A stretch of DNA of 64,000 nt, from positions 33,666,001 through 33,730,000 of the forward strand of contig OX597820.1 in assembly GCA_951406725.2 (NCBI GenBank), read 5' to 3'. The notes under the pieces were generated by a model. The model had not been told where the DNA came from. It ran no database searches and saw nothing but the letters and a program-made list of their open reading frames with translations. A program made the translations under genes and the position numbers. Below are positions 51,245 through 63,013 of the stretch, piece after piece; positions within the stretch are counted from its first letter, which is position 1; every line of letters starts with the position of its first letter. This DNA comes from Octopus vulgaris (lineage: Eukaryota).

Positions 51245-52195
51245 ACAACAAAAGCTATAAAACAAATGAAATCCAAACTAAAACTAGAACAGCAACAAAC
51301 TATGATAAAACGATGGCAAGAAAAGCCCCTTCATGGCAAATACTGGACTAAGCTAAATGCAAAAGAAATAGACAAAGAAAAATCCCAGCAATGGTTGATA
51401 AGCTCAGGACTCAAAGCAGAGACAAAGGGATTTTTAATTGCAGCACAAGACCAAAGCCTCCCCACCAGAAATTACCAAAAACATGTAATGAAAAGAAATA
51501 TTACAAGTAACTGCAGAATATGTGGAGATGGACAAGAAACAATAAATCATATTATCTCTAGCTGCCCAGTCCTGGCTAAGAAGGAAGATATTCACAGACA
51601 CGACAGAGTTGGGACCTACATACACTGGAAGCTATGCCAACATTATGGAATAACAACAGAAAAAAGATGGTATAGGCACACACCAGAAAAGGTCACAGAA
51701 AACGAGGAAGCAACCATACTCTGGGATATGCCAATACACACAGATAGAGAAATTAAGGCCAACAGACCAGATATAGTTGTCAGAGATCATAAAGAAAAAA
51801 ATGCTTTCTAATTTATGTATCAATACCAGCAGATGACAACGTGTCTCTAAAAGAAATGGAGAAACGTTCAAAATACAAAGACCTGGAAATAGAGGTAACT
51901 AGAATGTGGAATCTGAAAACAGAAACAATTCCTATCATAGTAGGTGCATTAGGCACGATAAAAAAATATTCAGACAAATACATAGCAAAAACACCATGAC
52001 TTACAAACACATATAACATACAGAAAATTGCACTACTAGGCACTGCACACATCCTACGCAGAACACTTTCAATACAGTAACCATCAGAGCATCACAACAA
52101 ATCACAGCACATACCCAAGGCACACAGAGCTGCGCTCGGTAGTGAAGTGAAAGCACGTTATAAAAAAAATACTGAATGATGATAATAATAATAAC
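51245..52195 (+). mobile_element. R4/Dong-like LINE 3' fragment (CCHC + RLE + 3' UTR + TAA tail), relatively young
   Basis: EKPLHGKY, GLKAETKGFLIAAQDQSLPTRNY, CRICGDGQETINHIISSC, RHD, ANRPDIVV, KYKDLEIE, IPIIVGALG. Confidence 0.93.
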
Positions 52196-52199
52196 TAGC

Positions 52200-52730
52200 G
52201 GGGACATGAGGAAATCAGCTGCGATTTGGAGTTTAACAGTCTGAATGGCAGAGTTAAGATGTTAAGTTTTTTGCTAAGCAGAGTTGACAATTTTTACCGA
52301 TAAAATGTGTTGGAGCCGATTCTATAATGGACCTTTTAATCTTGTAGTTAGTTCCTTTGTTTTATTTTGATTTTTACCTCCAAATATACCTTGAAACAGT
52401 TATCGCAGGTTTTTATCTTTGTGTTTGAAAGTGTACGTACGTATGTATGTATGTATGTATGTATGTATGTATGTATGTATGTATGTATGTATGTATGTAT
52501 GTATGTATGTATGTATGTATGTATATATTGAGTATGTCTCGATTTAAAAGTGTTCTCAGTGTGGCCTGTATAGCGTTTTGCATTATTGTCATTATTATTA
52601 GGTGACACTTCAGCACTGTAAACGACATTTTTTAAAAGCATTTACCGTTTAGAAGGCATATACTTTTATTGAGGCAGTTGCATATAGGTGATGGTTCATT
52701 AGTAGAGAGGGGCTTAGTTTTTTCGATTAA
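52200..52730 (-). mobile_element. Penelope-like GIY-YIG fragment interrupted by (TATG)n
   Basis: NGKCF/LKNVVYSAEVSPNNNDNNAKRYTGHTENTFKSRH...RYIWR. Confidence 0.7.
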
Positions 52731-53120
52731 TTCTAGTTAAAGAATAGGCGAAATTACCTGTGCTGCTGCCTGGTTTGTCTGACATATGTATATCAATGTG
52801 TATCTATACATAAGCATGCTAGTGTATGTATACGTGTCTGAATATGCAAGTATATGTGTATGTATATCTATTTGTGTACGTGCATATTTATTTATGTATG
52901 TATACATTTGTGTATGCGTGTGTTTGTGTGTGTGTGTACATATAATAACGTAGGCAGCTATATGCGATATAAAACTAAAAAAGAAAAATTCAATTGTTAC
53001 TAATTGTGAGGATTGGGTAGCACCTATATTGCTAGAAATAAGAGTTAAACCCTTAGAACTGCAAGGAAACACACTTTCATATACTGACAGGGGAGATAAC
53101 CACCCCATAATTGAAGCTAG

Positions 53121-53176
53121 AATCACTGGACTAGACTAGTTTCGTCTGTAAAATTGCAGAGTCGTCAGCAGCGACT
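53121..53176 (-). ncRNA. Type-I hammerhead ribozyme motif
   Basis: AGTCGCTG-CTGACGA-CTCTGCAA-TT-TTACAGAC-GAAACTAG-T-CTAGTC-CAGTGATT. 8-bp stem I, GUC site, C.C mismatch at the base of stem II. Confidence 0.8.
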
Positions 53177-53800
53177 ATTCCATTGCCGAATGGCTTAGCT
53201 AAATCCAGACTATCAGTATATATATTTACCATATAAATTTATGGCTGAGTAAGCGATATGCTACCAAACTTGTGTGTGTATATGCATGTATGTATGTATG
53301 TATGTATGTATGTATGTATGTATGTATGTATGTATGTATGTATGTATGTATGTATGTATGTATGTATGCATGTATGTGTGCATGTATTATGTATGTATGG
53401 GACAAAAAGAAAATACGAAGACCAGATAAAAAAAAAACAATCAAACAAACGGAGTATATTAGTTGACACTCAGGAAGAATTAGAAGTCATTTGCGTTTCA
53501 AGCATACGCTCTCCTACAAGAAAAATAGACGAGGAGAGAAAAAAATGGAGACATATAAGAACAAACGTGTCTCAATTAGACGGTCACCGCATACTGAAAT
53601 GACTTGAAGAGGGCTCCAATGGTGTGTGTAGCAAGAGAGACAACTGTAAAGCTAAACTGGGGCCTGGTTTGCAAGGGAAGCAACAGTGACCTAGTATATA
53701 TGTGTTAGCAAGCACGTCGATGGGTGTAAAGTTAATGCATGCGTGTGTATGTTTGTATGGATGCTCGCATGTGTGTGTAAGCAGGCACGTATGTATGTAC

Positions 53801-53845
<45 letters not shown>

Positions 53846-54304
53846 GCTAATGTGTGCGTGCATGGGCATGTGTGTATGTGTATGAGTAAGCACCCGTGTA
53901 TCTATAAAGCTTATGTGTGGGTGTATATTTTGTGCGCGTGTATACTTTGTGTGTTGCGCATGTGTACACGTACGTATGAGCGCGTGTATGTGAGTGTGAG
54001 GCTATCTGATGTATGTGTGTATATATGGTTATCAGACGTGCGTACGCGTGTACGTGTGCATACAAGTGCACGTGTGTATACAGCTACTGTGTACGTGTAT
54101 ACTTTGCACCTTTAATTGTGTGTATGTGTGTACGTATGCGTTCTTATTTTTTGTTTATGTGTGTGTAAGAGGCTATCGGAAATGTGTGTCTGCATACACC
54201 TGTGTATGTATGAAGCTATTGCGCGCGTGTATATCGTGTGTCTTTATGCGTGTGTGTATGTGTATGTGTGTGCGTGTTCGTGTGCGTGTGCGTGTATCCC
54301 TGTT

Positions 54305-54527
54305 CTAAGTTTCTTATTTCTTTATTGCCTGCAAAGGGCTAAACATAGAGGGGACAAACAAGGATAGACAAACGGATTAAGTCGATTACATCGACCCCAG
54401 TGCGTAACTGGTACTTAATTTATCGACCCCGAAAGGATGAAAGGTAAAGTCGACCTCGGCGTAATTCGAACTCAGAACGTAGCGGCGGATGAAATACAGC
54501 TAACGTTTCTGCCAGCTCGCCGCCTTG
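54305..54527 (-). mobile_element. tRNA-derived SINE family A
   Basis: Same central domain and tRNA-like head as other family A copies. Confidence 0.87.
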
Positions 54528-55184
54528 CTCTAAGTTTCTGTGTGTCAGAGGCTCTCGGACAATGTGTGTGTGTGGTGTGTGAAACTAATTTGCGCGCGTA
54601 TGCTCCGTGTATGTGTACATGTGCATATATGTGTATGGACGTGTATGTAGGAGGGTGTTAAGTGCACTATGCTGGATAGAGGTGTCTATCCAGCATAGTG
54701 ATAGTTGTTGCGTGATAGTTGTTGAGAAGTGCGGGTGCGGGATTATATATTTACTACTGTAAATGTGAAGATGGATTTGGAAGTGTTGCATCTTTTAAAG
54801 TTGTAATTATTGATGATTCTAAAATAATGCTATATCGAAACATGTATATGTACGTAGAAAATCTTTTCTTGATAATTTTGGGTTCTTTTGTTGGTTGAGA
54901 AGCTTCCTTTTATAATCTTATAGTTATGTTTTTTCATCTTTTAATTTGTATTACTTTTCCAATAAAACGAAACAAGCATTTTTTTTTTTCATTTTTCTTT
55001 ACCATTTTCTTTTATTGACTTTTTTGATTTTATGAGACTTTATATACATATATATTGATGAAGTTCCTATCAATATATTTGGTTAAACCCAGTTGGCATC
55101 AGGATTGTTTATAACAATCCCTTACGTGGATATTGTTTCCTCAAATTCTGAATACTCACACACACACACACACACACAAATATA

Positions 55185-55218
<34 letters not shown>

Positions 55219-55220
<2 letters not shown>

Positions 55221-55331
55221 TTAGAAGAAATAAGGTACTCAGAAATATGGATGGTTTTATATTTACAGATATTTATTAATATCTGTTATATAAAACCATC
55301 TAGATTTCTGAGCACCTTATTTCTTCTAATA
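55219..55331. repeat. About 113-bp hairpin (MITE-like)
   Basis: TATTAGAAGAAATAAGGTACTCAGAAAT...ATTTCTGAGCACCTTATTTCTTCTAATA. Confidence 0.85.
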
Positions 55332-56020
55332 TATAATACCTGTACATCATCTCCAAACCTTCATATATATATATATATATATGGGAGTGGAACAGGATGT
55401 CACGAACGATGCAAATAACATGAAATACGTATACAAACGAGTAAACACAGAGAAAGGACCCTTGGTCAGTTGTCGACTGTCTATCTTGTCATTTCGAGTA
55501 TTCAACGATAAATGAGTCTTCAAAGACAGTTGCTCCCATAAGTTCTAAAATAAAATAAAACTTTGGGATTTATGGAGTGTCAAAGTTGGAAACAAAAGAA
55601 TGACAGTGAAGACATACAGGGAAGCCGAACGAAAACAAACATGGAGGATCGTTAGACCAGTACGAGAGGAAAATAGTGAACGCTGGGAGAAACATTTTTC
55701 GAAAAAGTAAAAGATAGAAGACAGAGAAAAAAGACATGTCCACTCGTTTAAACGTCCGTGCAGGAAAAGAAAGATGGTCACGTGAGGAAAAGAAAGATGG
55801 ACGATGGTCACGTTCGAGTAACGAGAGAGAAGGAGGGAGAAAGAGAAAGAGGGGAGAGGAAGATGCAGATAGAAAACGGTGAAGGGGTGGGGGAGAAAAG
55901 GGAATTAGAAAAGGAAGGAAGAAGAAAACAGTATAGAGTAGAGAGTTGCATCAAAAAGGTGAAGATAAACTGACTTGGAAATAGATGCCTCGCGTTCAAT
56001 TAAATAATACATAATAAATA

Positions 56021-56094
<74 letters not shown>

Positions 56095-56224
56095 GAATGA
56101 CCACTAAGTGGACATCCATTATGCTAGAGGTAGACCCCATATCGTCTGACTACTAAGAAAAAATTCAGCAAACGCCAGGACGTAAGCGAGCAAGACAAAT
56201 GAAAAGATACAAAATATAAAGATT

Positions 56225-56297
56225 AATCACAATTCTGGTTTCATTGATACCATTTACGTAATACTTACGTAAATGTCCGCAATTCATCAGTGTGATC
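56225..56297 (-). ncRNA. Type-I hammerhead motif with a mutated cleavage triplet
   Basis: GATCACA-CTGATGA-ATTG..CATTTACGTAA-GTA-TTACGTAAATG..CAAT-GAAAC-CAGAAT-TGTGATT. Confidence 0.7.
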
Positions 56298-56603
56298 GTC
56301 ATAGCAAAATATAATTTGCAGACCTATACACGAGATGTCCGCATGAGATTGAACATGCATATAGTTCTACCAATTACATTTGGGGTTCTATTTCAAAAGT
56401 CTTCATTTTTGGCGCGCCAAAATACCGGAAATAATTCTGCAGAAAATAATTCTCTGCAGTGAATTTTGCCGGTTAGAGAACATGGTTATTTAAATTTAAA
56501 TAATATGGGCTAAAAATTGAATATTAATTTAATTAATATCAATTTAAAAGCAGTGGCCTAGCATATTGAAAAATCTGCATATAATTGTGTATATGTATGT
56601 ATG

Positions 56604-56645
<42 letters not shown>

Positions 56646-56757
56646 GCATATATACATACAAAAATTATGTATATATATATATATATGCATATATGGGTAC
56701 AGGATGTCACAAAACGTAAACATGAAATACGAAATATGAAAACAACATAAAATACAA

Positions 56758-56931
56758 AGACGTCATATGGATATTTTAAATAGCTTTTCAGCGCATAGTT
56801 AGGGAGTGTATTTTCCGCTTGACTGAATTTGCGCTAAAGGAACTTACTTATCCAGCTCAAATTCAGTCAAGCGGAAAATACACTCCCTAACTACGCGCTA
56901 AAAAGCTATTTAAAATATCCACATGACGTCT
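56758..56931. repeat. About 175-bp inverted repeat (arms about 73 bp)
   Basis: AGACGTCATATGGATATTTTAAATAGC...GCTATTTAAAATATCCACATGACGTCT. Confidence 0.9.
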
Positions 56932-57424
56932 GAACAATAAGAACAATAAGAATTTTCAGCCTGAACAATAAGAATTTTCAACAACGCTATTTTCGAAAAT
57001 TCTAAACATTCACGTGACCTCTCTATTATGACCACATCCACGTGACCTCTTTATTATGACCAATAAGAAATTTTATGCGCGACACTAGCCAAATTTTAAC
57101 TTCTCTGGAGCCTTTTTTCTTACCCCAACACCAACTTCCATTCAAACATTCACATGACCCCTTCATAATGACCAATCAAAATTGTATTGACCATTGTCCA
57201 CAAGAAATTTTAGGCGCGAAACCAAGCAAATCCAAAACAACTCTGGAGTCTCTTTTTTCACATATAACAGCAAACCCAACATAAAGTCAGATAAGAGGAA
57301 AAAATCTATCAGAAAAGAAACTCTAATCTCTCTTTAAAAAATATATTTTGATAAGCATAACAAATGCGCAACTGAACTTTCACCTAATTAAATTACTTAA
57401 ATTATTTTGTAATTTTCTTCATTT

Positions 57425-57458
<34 letters not shown>

Positions 57459-57461
<3 letters not shown>

Positions 57462-58130
57462 CAATCCCCGGCGTTGCTCAGGTTTGTAAGGAAATAACTA
57501 TAAAGCATTTTAGAGAGTTATAGCCAAAAAATAGCAAAAATGGAAAAAAATGATGGTAAATTTTTTTGAAAGTTAAAAAAGGTGGAGTTGCGTCCCTAGA
57601 CGGTCTGTGGTTTGGGTTCTAATTCTCGACCCCATGTCGAATTTATCGATTTTTCAGAACTGGGGGAACTTTTCAAAATTTTCGCTGCGTTAGTTTTGAA
57701 TTATGACCTAAGTTTCATCAGAATAAAGCCGTGGTCAATTATAGAGAGAGATGAGCCAATGAGGAGACCACATGGTAGCTAGACCTGGTAGAAATAGCAA
57801 ATCTCCTCAAATCACACCTACTCTCTTATGTATGTATATATGTACTAGCAGTATCGCCCGGCGTTGCTCAGGTTTGTAAGGAAATAACTATAAAGCATCT
57901 TTAGAGAGTTATTAGTGGAAAAAAATGATGGTAAATTTTTTTTGAGAGTAAAAAGGTTGAGTTGCGTCCCCTAGACAGTCTGTTTTGTTTTTTATTCTCG
58001 ACCCCATGTCGAATTTATCGATTTTTCTGGGGGAACTTTTTTTCGCTGCGTTAGTTTTGAATTATGACATTGGGCTATGCGTGTCATTTCATAATCGGTT
58101 GAAAGCCGTAGGTGAGGTATGCCGTTTATA
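57459..58130 (-). mobile_element. Two copies of a second non-autonomous Helitron-like family (57459-57740 and 57844-58130)
   Basis: Reverse complement 3' end CCTGAGCAACGCCGGG...TGCTAG(T): a hairpin followed by CTAG. Confidence 0.7.
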
Positions 58131-58164
58131 TATAGAGATATATATATATATGCACATATATGCA

Positions 58165-58555
58165 AGTGTGGCTGTGTGAAGCTAGCTTCCCAATCACATG
58201 TTTCCAGGTTCAGTCCCACTGCGTGGCACCTTGGGCAAGTGTCTTCTACTATGGACACAGGCCGACCAAAGCCTTGTTACTGGATTTGGTAGACGGAAAC
58301 TGAAAGAATCCCGTTGTACGTGTGTGTGTGTGAATGTGCGTCTTTGTGCCTGTGTTTGTCCCCCCATCATAGTTTGATGATCGGTGTTGGTGTGTTTATG
58401 TCCTCGTAAATTAACGGTTCAGCAAAGAGACCAACTTAACAAGTACAAGGCTTCAGAAAATAAGTCCTGGGAGCGATTTTTTTTTCGACTAAAAAACCAT
58501 TCAAGCCGGTGCTCTAGCATGGCCACAGTCAAATGATTGAAACAAATAAAAGAAC
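58165..58555 (+). mobile_element. SINE family B (CORE-like)
   Basis: GGTTCAGTCCCACTGCGTGGCACCTTGGGCAAGTGTCTTCTACTA. Confidence 0.85.
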
Positions 58556-58577
58556 ATATATATATAATTATTATTTA

Positions 58578-59200
58578 AGTCGGTGAGCTGGTAGAATCGT
58601 TAGCCTGCAAGACAAAATGCTTAGTGGCATTTCATCCATCCTTACATCTTCAGTTCAAATTCCGCCAAGGTCAATTTTTGCTTTTCATCTTTTCGGGGTC
58701 GATAAATTAAGTATCAGTTAAGTACTGGAGTCGAAGTAATCAACTAGGCCACTCCCACAAAATTCCAGGTGTTGTGTCTTTAATAGAAAGGATTGTTATT
58801 CAGGCAGTGAGCTGGCAGAATCGTTAACACCCCGGGTGAAATGCTTAGCAGTATTTCGTCTGCCGCTACGTTCTGAGTTCAAATTCCGCCGAGGTCGACT
58901 TTGCTTTTTATCCTTTCAGGGTCGATTAAATAAGTACCAGTTACGCACTGAGATCGATATAATCGACTTAATCCGTTTGTCTATCCTTGTTTGTCCTCTC
59001 TGTGTTTAGCTCCTTGTGGGTAGTAAAGAAATAGGTATTTCGTCTGCCGCTGTATTCTGAGTTCAAATTCCACCGAAGTCAATTTTGCCTTTCATCCTTT
59101 CGGGATTGATAAATTAAGTATCAGTTGTGTATTGAGGTCAATGTAATCGACTTTATCCCTTCCCCCAAATCTGAGGCCTTGTGTTTCCAGTAGAAAGGAT
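58578..59200 (+). mobile_element. Tandem SINE family A copies (a monomer plus a dimer), with an (ATT)n tail
   Basis: Heads at about 58580 and 58803. Internal junction GTAGTAAAGAAATAGGTATTTCGTCTGCCG at about 59020-59050. Confidence 0.88.
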
Positions 59201-59899
59201 TATTATTATTATCATTATTATTATTATTATTATTATTATCCTCATTATTATCATTATTATCATCATTATCATCATTATTATTATTGTTATTATTAGCAAT
59301 TAAAACAGTATTAATTCAAAAATAGCATTCTGTATATCTTACTTAACAGCGTATATCCACGTTAAGACATACATACGTACATGCATACGTGTACATACAT
59401 ACATAGAGTGGTCAGCAACAGGTTAGCTACAACTCTTAAGTAGGCCCGTCAAGTGTTCTCTGTGAGCCATGAATCTTTTCTACAAACTATTTTGAAACTC
59501 AACATAATAGTCACCCAGCTGTTGTAGCTTTTAGACTATATTTTGCTTTGGGATTTATTTTTTGCTTACATAAGCATTTGCTTGTATAGGCATTGCTGCT
59601 TAAGGAGATGCGTGGTAAGGGATAAGCGGGGATATTTTTATGTTATTTATATTAAAAGTTGACACGAAAGATTTAATGCTATCAAAATACATTTTAACAT
59701 GTCACAGTAATCTGATTATAAATTTTAAGAAAAGGGAAGCTTTTTGCACGGTATAGTGCTATATAAACCCTCGGCTTCTGGTGTGGTTTGGGAGTGGGTG
59801 GGGGTACTGTAGTTTTATACTGTGTGTCTTGGGCATTCTTAGAGCTGGCAGAGTCCATCTTATTCCCCCTACAGGTCTGACAACAGTCGACTTTTTAAA

Positions 59900-60111
59900 G
59901 AAAGGAAGGAAGGAAGGAAGGAAGGAAGGAAGAAAGGAAGGGAAGGAAGGAAGGAAGGAGGGAGGAAGGAAGGAAGATAGGGGGATGGGGAGGGGAGGGA
60001 GGAAGGAAGGAAGGAAGGAAGGAAGGAAGGAAGGAAGGAAGGAAGGAAGGAAGGAAGGAAGGAAGGAAGGAAGGAAGGAAGGAAGGAAGGAAGGAAGGAA
60101 GGAAGGAAGGA

Positions 60112-60178
<67 letters not shown>

Positions 60179-60186
60179 GAAGGAAG
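59900..60186. repeat. (GGAA)n(GAAA)n polypurine tract
   Basis: Direct read. Confidence 0.97.
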
Positions 60187-60548
60187 AGTTGGTACTTTAT
60201 CAAGTCAAACAACAAAATTGACCTCGGCAGGACTTGAACACCGAGCATACAATGTCAAAACATACGGAGCAAGACAATGCATTCAACACACTAAATCTCA
60301 TCTCATCTAGGTCGTTCCATAGGACTAAAAAAAGGGTCAATTTTAAGAAAGGAGAAGCTTTTTGCATGGCATTGTGCTATATAAACCCTGAGCTTCTGGT
60401 GGGCATACTGTCATTTTATACTGTCATTTCATCATTTATATTTGGAAATAAGATGGAATGGTCATGTATGGAACGCCTTAATAATTCTGTTTGCTGAAGC
60501 CTAACTTGTTATAGACAGCAACTGTAAAGTGTTAGATTATCACCAACA

Positions 60549-60763
60549 AGGCGGCGAGCTAGCAGAAACGTTAGCACGCCGGGCGAAATGCTTAGCAGTA
60601 TTTCGTCTGCCGCTACATTCAGAGTTCAAATTCCGCAGAGGTCGACTTTGCCTTTCATCCTTTCGGGGTCGATTAAATAAGTACCAGTTACGCACTGGGG
60701 TCGATAGAATCGACTTAATCCGTTTGTCTGTCCTTGTTTGTCCCCTCTGTGTTTAGCCCCTTG
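60549..60763 (+). mobile_element. SINE family A
   Basis: GGCGGCGAGCTAGCAGAAACGTTAGCACGCCGGGCGAAATG... Confidence 0.9.
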
Positions 60764-61169
60764 TTCTTGTCACCTTTTTTTACCCCTCCGCAAAAAAATT
60801 TTATTTAATTCATTTTGTGGGAAGGACTGTTCTGCCCTTACCTTCGAAACACGCAATGAGTCGAAACAGGGGCAGCTGAAGAAGGGGAATGTTCCCTCTG
60901 TTGTTTGTCTTATACTCTGTTTTTTCGTTGTTAAAAAAAGTCCGTTTCCTTGTTTTGTTTTTAAGCTTTCGTTTCTCTTTATGTTCTACGTTTATTTGTG
61001 GTGTCCTGTACTCATATATGCATGTATATATACTTATAAATGTAGGTATGTACATATATGTATGTATGTATGCATATGTTTTATTTATCAAATTGTTATT
61101 ATATGATCGAACGCACGCGTCGTTGTCTTCTTCTTCCAAGTAAGTTTTATATATATATATATATATATA

Positions 61170-61714
61170 CACGAGCAAACCTCCCCCCGTCCAATGGACG
61201 GTGCTGAAACATACCTGTTAAAAAAAGACAATCAGTGTTTTCTTTTCATTAAAAAATAATTAAGTATGCCTTTATTTCAATAAAATTTTTGGTTTTATTA
61301 AACGAAGTTAAGGTGAAAAAAAAAAACCTTCTTGAGAAACCAAATAGTCTTCCTTTCCTTCATGCCACGTTTGAAGAAAATATTTCTTTTGCATCTTTTT
61401 TTTTTTTTGGTCTCTTAAATATACTGCATTTTCTAGCATTATTTCAAGCCAGCCGGATTTTTTTTTTGCGCAAACTTCATGTGCATTTTTCTCGCGTACG
61501 CATAGTATCGATCTCAACAGCTTGCGCGTACAAATGCAGGTTCCCACGGCTTTATCGATCGCATTCTCACCTGGAATTGATTTTTGTAATTTTTTCAAGA
61601 CTTATACACGCCCTGATATCGTCAGTATCTACACATCAAATTTGAGTGCAATCGGATGGAGGATGCCCGAGATCCTAGAAGACAGACAGACAGACAGAAC
61701 GGGTTTTATATAAT
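61170..61714 (-). mobile_element. Non-autonomous Helitron, same family as 23640-24715
   Basis: Shares the 5' about 200 bp and the 3' CCGTCCATTGGACGG hairpin plus GCTCGT. Confidence 0.78.
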
Positions 61715-61765
61715 AGATGTGTGTGCGTGTGTGTGCGTGTGTGTGTATGATTATATATGTGTATG

Positions 61766-61807
<42 letters not shown>

Positions 61808-62547
61808 CGCGCGTGTGTGTGTATATATGCATATGTATGTATATGAATATAGACTATGATATGCAACCCCATTATAGTACCAATGATTGGATTGATTGAT
61901 TAATTGATTAATTGGTTGGCTGATTAATATGTTGTTTGACCTAATTAAATCTAGAGTTACCTCCCTTCGTTTTATTTATAAATAAACTCCCAACTCTATT
62001 GCATCTCCTAAATATAACATCATCATCATCATTTAACGTCCGCTTTCCATGCTATAGCTGGATAGATATTTTTAAGGACTAAACGACTAAAGGGTTTATT
62101 AATTAAGTGACTTAACAATATTACATGGAATCTTGCATTTTAGGCATTTTGTCAGATGGAGTCTTGCATTTGAAGCAATTTGTCAGATATCATAGATTTT
62201 AAACATAATTTTAGCGATAATGACTACAATTTGGTAATATGTTGGTATGGTTATATATAGAAGAGGATATGTGAGGATTCAGAGAAGGAATTTTAGGCGT
62301 AATTTTAACGATTAACGACAACATGATGAGACGATATATACGGCATATATTTTATTTCATAAATTTTATCGCCACATGTGCAAGTAGCACTTGTGTATAA
62401 ACAGTTAATGCAGAGTGACTTTCTACATGTCCCTCTCCACTATGGAGAGCACTTCATTCAGCTTTGAACCCAACAATGATACTTCATGCATTGAGTACAT
62501 ATTAAATTTTATTAAACTTGAACAATATTTTTCAAACAATTAACAAT

Positions 62548-62710
62548 AGGCACAGGAGCAGCTGTGTGGTAAGTAGCTTGCTTACCAACCACATGGTTCC
62601 GGGTTCAGTCCCACTGCATAGCAACTTGGGCAAGTGTCTTCTACTATAGCCTCAGGCCGACCGAAGCCTTGTGAGTAGATTTGGTAGATGGAAACTGAAT
62701 GAAGCCCGTC

Positions 62711-62747
<37 letters not shown>

Positions 62748-62972
62748 TGTGTGTATATGTTTGTGTGTGTGAGTCCCCCCAACATCGCTTGACAACCGAT
62801 GCTGGTGTGTTTACGTCCCCGTAACTTAGCGGTTTGGCAAAAGAGATCAATAGAATAAGTACTAGACTTATAAAGAATAAGTCCTGGGGTCGATTTGCTC
62901 GACTAAAGGCAGTACTCCAGCATGGCTGCAGTCAAAATGACTGAAACAAGTAAATGAGTAATGAATAAAGAG
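62548..62972 (+). mobile_element. SINE family B, full length
   Basis: GGAGCAGCTGTGTGGTAAGTAGCTTGC...GGTTCAGTCCC...CORE-like segment, internal (TA)n and tail. Confidence 0.9.
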
Positions 62973-63013
62973 AGTTTTCATCAAAATAATGATATAATTT
63001 GTCTATTTGGAAG

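Noticed and set aside
60820-60900. CTGCCC...GGGCAG-CTGAAGA-AGGGGAA.GTTCCCT ribozyme-like fold
   Set aside because: No GAAA follows stem II, and I could not fit an HDV-like pseudoknot.
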